A stretch of 64,000 nucleotides of DNA from an uncultured Gammaproteobacteria bacterium (GCA_964486685.1 CAZAOE010000003.1:5306-69305), one strand, 5' to 3'. Positions 17,612-27,651 are shown, numbered from the stretch's first letter. Numbers and translations: made by a program. Notes: generated by a model from the sequence alone, not told the origin.

Positions 17612-18694
17612 ATGCAAATACTTGTAAAAAATAACTTCCAGACCTGGAAAAAAATAAAAAATCTCAGTTCCCAAAAAATAATAGAAAAAATAAAACAATC
17701 AGGCCTTAATGGCAGAGGCGGGGCTAATTTTCCTGTTGGAAAAAAATGGAAATTTTCTTATCCTGTAAAATATTTAATCTGTAATGCTGATGAAAGCGAA
17801 CCTGGCACTTTTAAAGACCACTTTGTTTTAAAACATTGCCCAGAATTAGTTATTGAAGGTATTAATATCGGAATAAAGGCCTTAAAAGTTGAAACTGCTT
17901 ATATCTATTTACGCGAAGAATATAAAAAGCTAAAGCCAGAATTTGAAAGCATAATTAAAAAACATTCTCCTTATAATATTAAAGTCATTATTGGGGCTGG
18001 GGCCTATATTTGTGGCGAAGAAACCGGCCAAATTAATAGCTTAGAGGGCCTACGAGCTGAATCTCGACATAAACCACCTTATCCGGCTGAAAAGGGCCTA
18101 TTTGACAAAAAAACCTGCGTTAATAATATAGAAACTTTTGCTAGAATACCTTTAATTTGGCAGAAGGGTTTTAATCCTAAATTATTATTATTTTCTATTT
18201 CTGGGGATGTAGAAAAACCTGGCGTCTATGAAATTGAAGTCGGAACCAAATTAGCAAAATTATTAAACTTAGCTCAAGCAAAAAATCCTAAAGCAATATT
18301 TTTAGGTGCTAGTGGCGGTTGTTTTCCTGCTGACCCTAATTTTATTCTCAATCATGAATATATTAAAAATAAAGGTGGTCTTTTGGGCGCTGGAGGTCTA
18401 ATTGTTTTAAATCAAACCCGCGATATCGTAGACACTTGTCGTTCAATTATTCAATTTTTTACCGATGAAAATTGCGGTAAATGTACTCCTTGCCGGGAAG
18501 GAAATTTTCGCTTATTACAATTATTCCAGGTTATTCTTAGTCGAAAATGGACTAAAGAAGAATTTGAATGGATTAAAAAATTAATCCAATTTATTCCCCA
18601 GGGCTCGCAATGCGCCTTAGGTCAATCATCAACTTTGCATTTAAGTACGGCTTTGAAATATTTTAAAAATGATTTTTTAGCTAAAATTGAATAA
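17612..18694 (+). CDS. NuoF-like NAD(P)H/FMN-binding subunit (HndC-type)
   Basis: GLNGRGGANFPVGKKW; NADESEPGTFKD; ENCGKCTPCREG 4Fe-4S motif. Confidence 0.8.
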   Translation: MQILVKNNFQTWKKIKNLSSQKIIEKIKQSGLNGRGGANFPVGKKWKFSYPVKYLICNADESEPGTFKDHFVLKHCPELVIEGINIGIKALKVETAYIYLREEYKKLKPEFESIIKKHSPYNIKVIIGAGAYICGEETGQINSLEGLRAESRHKPPYPAEKGLFDKKTCVNNIETFARIPLIWQKGFNPKLLLFSISGDVEKPGVYEIEVGTKLAKLLNLAQAKNPKAIFLGASGGCFPADPNFILNHEYIKNKGGLLGAGGLIVLNQTRDIVDTCRSIIQFFTDENCGKCTPCREGNFRLLQLFQVILSRKWTKEEFEWIKKLIQFIPQGSQCALGQSSTLHLSTALKYFKNDFLAKIE

Positions 18695-18697
18695 ATT

Positions 18698-20449
18698 ATG
18701 CCCAAGAAAAAAATAAAATTAACTATTGATGGCAAAAAAATAACTGCTTTAACTGGACAGACCATTTTAAAAGTGGCTCAAAAAAATGGCATTAAAATAC
18801 CTACGCTTTGTTATCACGAAGATTTAAAACCCGAGGGTCGCTGTGGGGTTTGTGGAGTAGAAGTTAATGGAAAAATAAAAACCAGTTGCAATAATCTAAT
18901 TCAAGCGGGCATGATAATTAAGACCAATTCCAAAAAAGTTCAAGAATACAGAAAGACCAATGTTCAATTAGTTGGCTCTAATTTCGCCCGCGAAGAGGCC
19001 TTTAAAAAATGGTTGAAATTAGAAAACCTGCCCGATATTCAAGAACTGCGTTTTAAACCCAAAGAAAAAGAAAAAATAGATTGTTCGGCCTGTGATATTA
19101 GTATTGATTTTAGTAAATGCGTTTTATGCGGACGCTGTATTCAAAAATGTCGCGACACCCAAAGTGTTAATGCGATTTGTTTTGCCCAGCGCGCTAACGC
19201 TATGAAAGTCGGGACTTATTTTGATAAAAAAATTATTAATACTACTTGCGTGGGTTGTGGCCAATGCGCCTTAGTTTGTCCGACTGGAGCAATTAAAGAA
19301 AGAGATTATATTAACGAGGTAGAAAAGGCCTTAGCTGATAAAAAAAAGCATGTAATTATTCAAACTGCTCCGTCATTAAGAGTAGCTTTGGGTGAAGAAT
19401 TTAATTTACCAGCTGGTACCTTGGTTACTGGTCAAATGATTAACGCCTTAAGAAAATTGGGATTTGATAAAATTTTTGATACTAATTTTGGCGCTGACTT
19501 AACCATTATGGAAGAAGCCAATGAATTAATCTACAGAATTAAATCAAGCTCAAGTCAAAAAAATAACAAAGAAATGCCTATGTTTACTTCTTGTTGTCCT
19601 GGCTGGGTTAATTTTTTAGAAACTTTTTATCCAGAAATGAGAAAACATCTTTCTGCTTGCAAATCACCGCAACAAATGTTTGGGGCGATTGTTAAAACTT
19701 ATTATGCTCAAAAATTCAAAATAAATCCTCAAAATATAATTGTCGTTAGCGCGATGCCTTGTACGGCTAAAAAATATGAAGCCCGGCGTAAAGAAATGAA
19801 TAGTAGTGGATATCAAGACGTTGATTATGCTTTAACTACTAGAGAAATAGCTCGCTTGATTAAAAAGAAAAATATTGATTTTAAAAAATTAAAAAATGAA
19901 GAGTTTGATTTGCCCCTGGGTCAGGCCTCGGGCGGAGGAGCTATTTTTGGCGCCAGCGGTGGAGTCATGGAATCAGCTATTCGAACTGCTCATTATATCT
20001 TAACTGGCAAAGAATTTACCAAAGGTCTCGACCGAAGTGGAGAGAAAAATATTGAATATACTGCTGTCCGCGGAATTCAGGGCATTAAAAAAGCCACTAT
20101 TAAAATAGGGACTTTAAAATTAAATTTAGCTGTTGTGCAGGGTTTAGCCAATGCCCGCAAAATTTTAGCAGAAATTAAAAATAAAAAAGCCAAATATCAT
20201 TTTGTAGAAGTTATGGCTTGTCCGGGTGGCTGTATTGGCGGAGGAGGGCAACCCCAACCAACAACCATGGAAATTGTTAAAAAAAGAGCTAGCGCTATTT
20301 ATCAACAAGACCGAATTTTAAAATTCCGCCAGGCCCATAATAATCCGCAAATCCAACAATTATATCAAGAATTTCTCAAAAAGCCCTTAAGTAAAAAATC
20401 CCACAAATTATTACACACTACTTATAAAGATAAGAGTAAGAGAGTATAA
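18698..20449 (+). CDS. [FeFe]-hydrogenase catalytic subunit (HndD/HydA-type)
   Basis: N-terminal 2Fe-2S (CGVCGVEV), two 4Fe-4S ferredoxin motifs, H-cluster motifs TSCCPGW, MPCTAKKYE, CPGGCIGGGGQP. Confidence 0.85.
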   Translation: MPKKKIKLTIDGKKITALTGQTILKVAQKNGIKIPTLCYHEDLKPEGRCGVCGVEVNGKIKTSCNNLIQAGMIIKTNSKKVQEYRKTNVQLVGSNFAREEAFKKWLKLENLPDIQELRFKPKEKEKIDCSACDISIDFSKCVLCGRCIQKCRDTQSVNAICFAQRANAMKVGTYFDKKIINTTCVGCGQCALVCPTGAIKERDYINEVEKALADKKKHVIIQTAPSLRVALGEEFNLPAGTLVTGQMINALRKLGFDKIFDTNFGADLTIMEEANELIYRIKSSSSQKNNKEMPMFTSCCPGWVNFLETFYPEMRKHLSACKSPQQMFGAIVKTYYAQKFKINPQNIIVVSAMPCTAKKYEARRKEMNSSGYQDVDYALTTREIARLIKKKNIDFKKLKNEEFDLPLGQASGGGAIFGASGGVMESAIRTAHYILTGKEFTKGLDRSGEKNIEYTAVRGIQGIKKATIKIGTLKLNLAVVQGLANARKILAEIKNKKAKYHFVEVMACPGGCIGGGGQPQPTTMEIVKKRASAIYQQDRILKFRQAHNNPQIQQLYQEFLKKPLSKKSHKLLHTTYKDKSKRV

Positions 20450-20458
20450 AAATTAATT

Positions 20459-21385
20459 TCATAAATTTCTAATAGCACCATAAACGCCATCTCTATTAAT
20501 GATGGTTTTATTATCTTCATTGGATGATATTTCTGCGAGTTCATCTTCTCTGTCTTTTTTAATCTGCACAAAAATTTGGTATAATTTTTCGTATTTTTCA
20601 ACTACGGCGGGTTGTTTAACTTTTTCAGCATAATCTCTAAAATATTGTGCTTGTTTAATTATTTCTTCTAAAATTATAATTTGCAATGGGTGCTTGGCCA
20701 ATAAATTACCTCTATTTTCATACCACAATGCAGTTACTGATTCTAAATTTTGACGATCAATTCCTAAAATAAATTTTGGTATACCAGTTTTTTCGCCCTT
20801 AAATTCTAAAAAATCTGACTCAAAATATTTTAATTTTCCTAATTCACCATTATTTATTTCTTTTTCAATTCTAGCTATTTTTTTATCTATATTTTGACTA
20901 AAAGTAGCATCAATAACCACAGCTAAATGGTCAGCTGTTCTATGTTGCCCCTCGCTTTCAATCTCTAAAATATCATCTATACTATTTACAAGATCATCAT
21001 ATTTGCAAGTACGTTTAGTGGTTATATTATCACCCAAATAGCAAGCCTGTTCTATTAATTCATGTAAAATTGCCTCCCAAATAGTAGCTATTTTAACATT
21101 TATTTCTTCTTCTTTTATATTTTTGGCTTTAATCTTTTCCTCTATTCTCTGAATAGTCTCCTTGTCTTTTTCCACGTTATATAAATGTTTAAACTCATCC
21201 ATATCAATGGTATCAATATTTAAAATTTTTACTGCCCGTTCATAACAATCTTGTAAAAATTTAGGGTCATCAAAAGTAAATCCTTCTTCATGATATTTTT
21301 TCTCTATCTTTAAAAAATTATCTTCCGCTTCTGATAAATCTAAACGATTATCATTTTTTAAATTTAATGTTTCTTTTTCATTCAT
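20459..21385 (-). CDS. hypothetical protein (orphan, lone minus-strand gene)
   Basis: 308 aa acidic/helical; no recognisable motifs. Confidence 0.4.
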   Translation of the reverse strand: MNEKETLNLKNDNRLDLSEAEDNFLKIEKKYHEEGFTFDDPKFLQDCYERAVKILNIDTIDMDEFKHLYNVEKDKETIQRIEEKIKAKNIKEEEINVKIATIWEAILHELIEQACYLGDNITTKRTCKYDDLVNSIDDILEIESEGQHRTADHLAVVIDATFSQNIDKKIARIEKEINNGELGKLKYFESDFLEFKGEKTGIPKFILGIDRQNLESVTALWYENRGNLLAKHPLQIIILEEIIKQAQYFRDYAEKVKQPAVVEKYEKLYQIFVQIKKDREDELAEISSNEDNKTIINRDGVYGAIRNL

Positions 21386-21483
21386 ATTTTTAAAATTTAT
21401 TGATAAACTTATAAATACAATGTATTATAATTATAATACCTAAATTACATTAAAAATCAATAAGGTAAAAAACTAATAACCCA

Positions 21484-21517
21484 ATTACCTACAACCTACC
21501 CCCTACAACCTAACCCT
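21484..21517. repeat. dispersed repeat family copy (CCTACAACCTACCCCCTACAACCTAACCCT) abutting the prfB ATG
   Basis: matches CTACAAC...CCCCTACAA core. Confidence 0.7.
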
Positions 21518-22612
21518 ATGGACGAAATCATCGACAAAATTCAAAAATTACAAACTAAAATAGCCCAAGCTATTAAATTTTTAGATATTAAAAAAATTAG
21601 CAATGAAATTAAATCTTTAGAATATGAAATGAATCAACCTGGATTTTGGGATAATCAAAATAAAGCCAAACAGCAATCCCAGCGTTTAAAACATTTACAA
21701 GCACAATTAAGTAATTGGCAATCCCTAAAAAAAGAAAATAGCGAGCTTTTAGAAATAGCCCGATTAGACAAAGACGATAAAAGCGTCAATTTACTGCAAG
21801 AAATAACCGATAAATATTATCTGTTAGAAAAAAAATTCAAGCAACAAGAAATAGTTTTATTTTTTAAAGAAAAATATGATCCTAACGATGCCATAATCAC
21901 AATATTTGCTGGTGCTGGCGGAACTGAATCGCAGGACTGGGTCGCCATGCTGCTAAGAATGTATTTAAGATTTTTTGAAAATATGGGCTGGAAAGCAAAA
22001 ATTATTGACGAATCCAAAGGAGAAGAGGTCGGATATAAAAGTGTGACATTGGAAATAAAAGGTAATTTTGTTTATGGCTATTTAAAAATAGAAGATGGGG
22101 TACACAGATTGGTTCGTTTATCTCCTTTTGATGCTGACCATGCCCGCCACACTTCTTTTGCTATGGTAGAAATTTTTCCAGAAATAGAAGAAACCGAAAT
22201 CAAAATTGAAGAAGATACCTTAAGAATTGATGTTTTTAAATCTTCAGGCAAGGGCGGACAAGGAGTAAACACAACCGACTCCGCAGTCAGAATCACTCAT
22301 CTTCCTACTGGAATTGTAGTTACTTGTCAAAATGAACGTTCCCAATTACAAAACAAGGAACAAGCCATAAAATATCTCCAGGCCAAATTGACTAAATACA
22401 ATGAAGAGAAATCTGAAGAGGAGCGCAAAAAAATTCAAGGTGAGGTTCAGGCAGCCGCCTGGGGTAATCAAATTCGTTCTTATGTTTTACATCCTTATAA
22501 AATGATAAAGGACTTGCGTAGTAAACACGAAACTGACCAAGTCGATCAGGTTCTAGACGGAGATATTTTACTTTTTATTGAAAGTGTATTGAGAATGGAA
22601 AAAAATGATTAA
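21518..22612 (+). CDS. prfB: peptide chain release factor 2 (no programmed frameshift)
   Basis: SPF tripeptide (RLSPFDA) and GGQ (SGKGGQGVNTT); single uninterrupted 364-aa ORF. Confidence 0.85.
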   Translation: MDEIIDKIQKLQTKIAQAIKFLDIKKISNEIKSLEYEMNQPGFWDNQNKAKQQSQRLKHLQAQLSNWQSLKKENSELLEIARLDKDDKSVNLLQEITDKYYLLEKKFKQQEIVLFFKEKYDPNDAIITIFAGAGGTESQDWVAMLLRMYLRFFENMGWKAKIIDESKGEEVGYKSVTLEIKGNFVYGYLKIEDGVHRLVRLSPFDADHARHTSFAMVEIFPEIEETEIKIEEDTLRIDVFKSSGKGGQGVNTTDSAVRITHLPTGIVVTCQNERSQLQNKEQAIKYLQAKLTKYNEEKSEEERKKIQGEVQAAAWGNQIRSYVLHPYKMIKDLRSKHETDQVDQVLDGDILLFIESVLRMEKND

Positions 22613-23807
22613 AAATAGAAAACAAAAATTAGAAAAAAATTTTAGTCTGATATTTTGGTCTCAGGCTTTTTTAACTATGAGAATGTTTAGTATTATCAGT
22701 ACTTTATTTTTTCTACATCGCGGATTAGGATTATCACAAATATTTTATTTATCTATAACTTGGGCTATTGTCAATTTACTTTTTGAAATTCCTTCCAGCT
22801 ATTTAGCTGACAAATGGGGTCGAAAAAAAACCCTAATCATAGGTGCTTTATTTAATATATTAAGTTGGATAATTTTAATATTTGCTAAAGATATATATAT
22901 TTTTATAATAGCTTTCGTTTTTACTAGCTTGCAATATGCTTGTTTTTCCGGAACAACAGACGCTCTAATATATGACAGTAATAAAGAATTGGACAAAGAG
23001 AGTAGTAGTCTAAAAAGATTAGGAAACCTTTATTCCGCTCGACATTTATTTAAAATTATTGGGCCGATTATAGCTGTGTTAATAGCTAAAAATTTAAGTG
23101 GATCTCAATTTATTGCTGTATTAATTTTAGACCTCATGGCTGCTACAATTGCCTTTATAATTATCACTAAACTCACCGAAGCCAACCATTATATGGACTT
23201 AGAAAAACAAGAAGCTGGCGTTATTAAAGATGCTTGGAAATTGATAAAAAAAGATTGGCAATTAATAAGGGCAATACTAAGTCGGGTACTAATGTTCATT
23301 TCCATTTTCATTATATGGAGATTTCATCAAAAATTTTTTACTAACCTCGGTATATCAATTATTGCTTTAGGAATTACTGCCGCAGGTATTAATCTAGTAA
23401 TTTTTATATTCAATCAAAATATAATAAAATTCGTAAATCCAAAAAATCTAATAAAAAAAATAAATATATTAAATTATTCTATAACATTTTTCTTAACTAT
23501 ATTTGTAGTGAGTATATTTGTATTTCCAAACAAATATTGGCTTCTTGTTTTATATGGTCTAATCCTTCTCCCAGAAGTAGCGCGTTGGCCACTATATTCT
23601 GAGCTATATAATAAAAAAAGTTTTTCTTTTAATAGGGCCACAACATTATCTTTGTCAAACTTGTTAAAAAGCATTTTAGACATACCTTTATTATTTATAG
23701 CATCCGTGTTAATAGGCATTAATATAATTTATCCATTCATGCTTGCATTAGTATTGGCTATTATAGTAATAATATTTTTCCGTATTCCAAAAACAATAAA
23801 AACTTGA
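22605..23807 (+). CDS. MFS-type transporter
   Basis: 400 aa, ~12 TM segments, loop 2-3 ADKWGRKKTL motif. Confidence 0.6.
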   Translation: MIKNRKQKLEKNFSLIFWSQAFLTMRMFSIISTLFFLHRGLGLSQIFYLSITWAIVNLLFEIPSSYLADKWGRKKTLIIGALFNILSWIILIFAKDIYIFIIAFVFTSLQYACFSGTTDALIYDSNKELDKESSSLKRLGNLYSARHLFKIIGPIIAVLIAKNLSGSQFIAVLILDLMAATIAFIIITKLTEANHYMDLEKQEAGVIKDAWKLIKKDWQLIRAILSRVLMFISIFIIWRFHQKFFTNLGISIIALGITAAGINLVIFIFNQNIIKFVNPKNLIKKINILNYSITFFLTIFVVSIFVFPNKYWLLVLYGLILLPEVARWPLYSELYNKKSFSFNRATTLSLSNLLKSILDIPLLFIASVLIGINIIYPFMLALVLAIIVIIFFRIPKTIKT

Positions 23808-23940
23808 TTTTTTTCTAAAAAGTAATAAGATATAAACAAGAAATTATATAATTTCTAAGGGTCGCAATTTTGCCTGCCTGTTCGGAGCTAAAACTCCATT
23901 CAGCGTAGACAAGGCGATCTTTTTTTATTTACTAAAAACT

Positions 23941-24441
23941 ATGAATTTTAAAAAAATACCAATTATATATCACATTGTTTGGGCAACTCACAGCACTAGA
24001 ATGTCAAAAAGAATGAAAAAATATAAGATAAAATTAAAAAATCCCATATACCTCGACATTAATATGAGATATGAGATTACGAAATATTTAATCAAAATTA
24101 TCAAAGAAGACAAAATTAATATATTGGCTCTCAACGTCTTACACCATCATGTACATTTAATTCTGATTTGTTTTAAATGGAAAAGAGATAATATTGTCCG
24201 CAAATTAAAAGGTAAAACAACTCAATTATATAAAAACAAACATAATATAAAAAAAGAATTCCACCTTTGGCAACAAAAATATAATCACAAAATAATAGAA
24301 TCTGAAGAGCAACTATATAACACCATAAATTATGTTAAAAATAATCATATTAAACACAACATATCTGTCCACAAGGGGTTGCAACCCCTTGTAAAAAAAG
24401 TTTTGTGTCCTGTCGAAGAAATGTATAAAAAAATAGATTAG
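23941..24441 (+). CDS. tnpA: IS200/IS605-family HUH (Y1) transposase / RAYT-like
   Basis: 166 aa; YHIVWATH N-terminal, HUH motif HHHVHLIL, catalytic-Tyr region NYVKNNH. Confidence 0.65.
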   Translation: MNFKKIPIIYHIVWATHSTRMSKRMKKYKIKLKNPIYLDINMRYEITKYLIKIIKEDKINILALNVLHHHVHLILICFKWKRDNIVRKLKGKTTQLYKNKHNIKKEFHLWQQKYNHKIIESEEQLYNTINYVKNNHIKHNISVHKGLQPLVKKVLCPVEEMYKKID

Positions 24442-24530
24442 TGTTAATTTAAAAACTAACTAACTAGACAGATATGATCAAAAACCTTGGGGTTGCAGCC
24501 CCTTGTGGAAAAAGCTCTGTGTTCTGTAAA
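24374..24530. repeat. two REP-like units: perfect palindrome ACAAGGGGTTGCAACCCCTTGT (24374-24395) and CCTTGGGGTTGCAGCCCCTTGTGG (24485-24508), each followed by AAAAAG(Y)T(Y)TGTGT(Y)CTGT
   Basis: ~45-bp direct repeat containing hairpins, at and downstream of the tnpA 3' end. Confidence 0.7.
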
Positions 24531-24646
24531 AAATATATTAGGATATAAAAAATTAGAATAATAAACAAACGATTGGGCGGATATATTGTTTTTCTCTAAT
24601 AAACAATCATTAAAATTTTACCAATACCTAATTATCAATAACTAAC

Positions 24647-26017
24647 ATGAAATATTCAACCCGAAATTTAATCATTGGTAGTTTATTTATTTTAAACATA
24701 ATTATTGCCAATCATTTTGGATTATTAGATAAAATTGACCAAGAAGATGATTCTAAAATATGGTTTTATAACTCCCATGGTTTTGAATTTAAAAATCATC
24801 AAAAATATACTTATCAAGGAATAATCATCTCGCCTCCTGATACCAGAATGGACCATCAAAAAATTAAACTTAAAACCACTCAATTACTTGAACCAGTTAA
24901 AAAAGAAATATTTGGCAATATATTAGTTAAAATTCCTTTATATCCCCCCTGCGAATACGGAGATAAAGTGGAAATTACCAGTTTTTTAATCCAGCCCGAA
25001 CCAATAGAGGATTTTAGATATGATAAATATTTAGCTAAAGAAAATATTTATTCTCTGGGCTATGGCGCACGAATTAAATTATTAGAAAAAAACAAAGGCA
25101 ATTCAATTTTAAAAATTATTTATAGAATCAGACAAAATATCTCTGAACAAATTAATCAACTCTGGCCCGAACCAACGGCCTCTTTTGTTAATAGCATTTT
25201 ACTGGGATATAAAAAAGCCATGTCCGAAGATTTAAAAGAGGAATTTCGCCGCGCTGGAGTTGCCCACATCATCGTTATTTCTGGACTACATATTACTTTA
25301 ATTACTTTATTACTTTCTAAAATACTTTATGGCTTAAAAATTAAACGCACCCGGCAATTACCTTTTATTTTAATTTTCCTACTTTTCTTTATTTTCTTAT
25401 CTGGCTTCTCGGCCTCAACTTTGCGCGCCAGTTTAATGGGCTTAATTGTTTTACTTAGTCAAAATATCGGTCGCCACCTGCAAAAACACCTAATTTTACT
25501 TTATACAGCTATAATCATTTTAATTATTAATCCTTTATTATTATTCTATGATCTGGGTTTTCAATTAAGTTTTTTGGCCACGATTGGCTTAATCTATCTT
25601 TCTCCTTTATTTCAAAAACTATTTAAATTTCTACCGAAAAAAATGGAAATTCAAAGCACTTTTATCTCCAGCTTCTCTGCTATTATCATGACTCTGCCCC
25701 TAAGCATTAAGCAATTTAAAACTATTTCTATTTTAGCGCCAATTGCCAATCTCTTGGTCTTACCTTTAATCCCAATTTTAATGTTTTTTAGCTTTTTAAG
25801 TATTTTGATTTCTTATTTAAACTTCGCTCTGGCAAAATATTTTGGCCTTCTGCAATACATCTTATCCAAGGTATTGTTTGAAATTATTAATAATATCTCC
25901 ACAATAAAATTTGCCAGTATCAATATAAACAATTTTAATAATTTAAATTTAATCTTAAGCTACGGCTTAATTATTAGCTTATTAATTTATGTCCAGCAGA
26001 AAAAAAATAATAACTAA
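24647..26017 (+). CDS. comEC: ComEC/Rec2 competence channel protein (N-terminal plus competence domain)
   Basis: GVAHIIVISGLHITLI motif; polytopic; 456 aa. Confidence 0.75.
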   Translation: MKYSTRNLIIGSLFILNIIIANHFGLLDKIDQEDDSKIWFYNSHGFEFKNHQKYTYQGIIISPPDTRMDHQKIKLKTTQLLEPVKKEIFGNILVKIPLYPPCEYGDKVEITSFLIQPEPIEDFRYDKYLAKENIYSLGYGARIKLLEKNKGNSILKIIYRIRQNISEQINQLWPEPTASFVNSILLGYKKAMSEDLKEEFRRAGVAHIIVISGLHITLITLLLSKILYGLKIKRTRQLPFILIFLLFFIFLSGFSASTLRASLMGLIVLLSQNIGRHLQKHLILLYTAIIILIINPLLLFYDLGFQLSFLATIGLIYLSPLFQKLFKFLPKKMEIQSTFISSFSAIIMTLPLSIKQFKTISILAPIANLLVLPLIPILMFFSFLSILISYLNFALAKYFGLLQYILSKVLFEIINNISTIKFASININNFNNLNLILSYGLIISLLIYVQQKKNNN

Positions 26018-26087
26018 AAAATATGTTTCCCGCGCCCTACAAAACATTTAGCCAGAATTTAAAATAAATGCCTTTAAAGATTTTAAC

Positions 26088-26130
26088 AGCTCCCCTCCTC
26101 AGACGAGGAGGGGATTAAGGGGTGGTGTTG
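26088..26130. repeat. GC-rich palindrome GCTCCCCTCCTC-AGAC-GAGGAGGGGAT (family A-like) between the two comEC parts
   Basis: perfect 11-bp arms. Confidence 0.7.
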
Positions 26131-26189
26131 ATTAAAGTCTTAAACTTAGCTATCTGAAAAAATAATAATTAATTAAAATCTAAAAAATT

Positions 26190-27029
26190 ATGTTTAAAAA
26201 AAATAAAATCGTTATTATCATTATCCTCATCATCGTTGCTATTTTTTATTATCACTTTGAAGATAAATCAAATTTTCTTCGGGTTTGTTTTTTTGATGTC
26301 GGACAAGGAGATTCAATTTTGATTAAAACCCCTCAAGGAAAAAACGTCCTCATTGACGGCGGACCCAGCGCTGAATTAATTCAAAAACTCGGTCCAGAAC
26401 ATGCTTATAAAAACCATCAAATAGATATTTTAATTTTAACTCATGCCCACGCTGATCATTATTACGGACTGATTGAGGTAGTCAAAAGATACAAAATCAA
26501 ATTAATTCTCTGGTGCGGAATTGATGCTCATAATTATGACTACTTATATTTTAAAAATTTAATTAAAGATCTGAATACTAAAATAGCTATTTTAGGACAA
26601 GAATATTTATTAACAAATAATTTAAAAATCAAAATTTTCTATCCTACTCATTATCTTAATGAAGAGGAAGCCACAGATTTAAATAATACTTCTGTTGCTT
26701 TAATTCTAAGTTATAAAAATATAAATTTTTTTCTAGCTGGTGATTTAACTTGTGAGGGTGAGACCGAAATTATTAAACAAAACCTAAATCTTCAAGCTGA
26801 AATCTACAAGGCCAGCCATCATGGTTCGCGCTGGTCAAATTGCGCTTATATTTTAGATAAAATAAATCCTGAAATGGCTATCATTCAATCTAGAATTGAC
26901 AATACCTTTGGACACCCTCATCAAGAAACACTTGATAGATTAAATAACAGAAATATTGAAATATTGCGCAATGATGAATTGGGTGATATTTGGATATATA
27001 GTGATGGTTTAAAATTTTGGCTACCTTGA
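26190..27029 (+). CDS. metallo-beta-lactamase fold protein (ComEC C-terminal domain encoded separately)
   Basis: N-terminal TM, HxHxDH (THAHADHYYG), DVGQGDS. Confidence 0.75.
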   Translation: MFKKNKIVIIIILIIVAIFYYHFEDKSNFLRVCFFDVGQGDSILIKTPQGKNVLIDGGPSAELIQKLGPEHAYKNHQIDILILTHAHADHYYGLIEVVKRYKIKLILWCGIDAHNYDYLYFKNLIKDLNTKIAILGQEYLLTNNLKIKIFYPTHYLNEEEATDLNNTSVALILSYKNINFFLAGDLTCEGETEIIKQNLNLQAEIYKASHHGSRWSNCAYILDKINPEMAIIQSRIDNTFGHPHQETLDRLNNRNIEILRNDELGDIWIYSDGLKFWLP

Positions 27030-27270
27030 ATTCTAAAAAACTTATGCTATACTATAATAAACTTGTCGTGCAATAATCTTACTACTGCAATTTCCATATT
27101 TTGGCTAAATTCATAAAAAATCTTTTCCATATAGCTCTAGCTAAATCTCAAAGATTATTTTAATAATTTATCTCAAAATCTGAAAATTTCGTTACGTAAT
27201 TTATCACACAACAAGTTTAATAAGATTTTAAAAAATCTATATTTTAATATTAGTAAATAAATTAAAAATT

Positions 27271-27651
27271 ATGTCTGAACAAAAAACAAAAGTTCTAATT
27301 ATAGAAGATGAGGAAATATTGGTTAATATGTATAAATCTAAATTTGAAAAAGAGGGCTTTGAGGTATGTCAAGCCCTCAATGGAAAAGATGGACTAGATC
27401 AAGTAAAAGAAAATAAACCAGATATAATATTATTAGATATTATTATGCCAGAAATGGACGGATTTATGGTTTTAAAAGATTTAAAATCCAATCCAGAAAC
27501 TCAAAATATTCCAGTAATTATGTTAACTAATTTAGGTCAAGAAGAAGACATTGAAAAAGGCAAAGAATTAGGAGCCAAGGATTATTTGCTTAAGGTTGAC
27601 TCAACCCCAAATCAAGTAGTGGAAAAAGTTAAAGAAATACTTAAAAAATAA
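27271..27651 (+). CDS. single-domain response regulator (CheY-like receiver)
   Basis: 126 aa; DD...D(ILLDIIMP)...K pattern. Confidence 0.8.
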   Translation: MSEQKTKVLIIEDEEILVNMYKSKFEKEGFEVCQALNGKDGLDQVKENKPDIILLDIIMPEMDGFMVLKDLKSNPETQNIPVIMLTNLGQEEDIEKGKELGAKDYLLKVDSTPNQVVEKVKEILKK

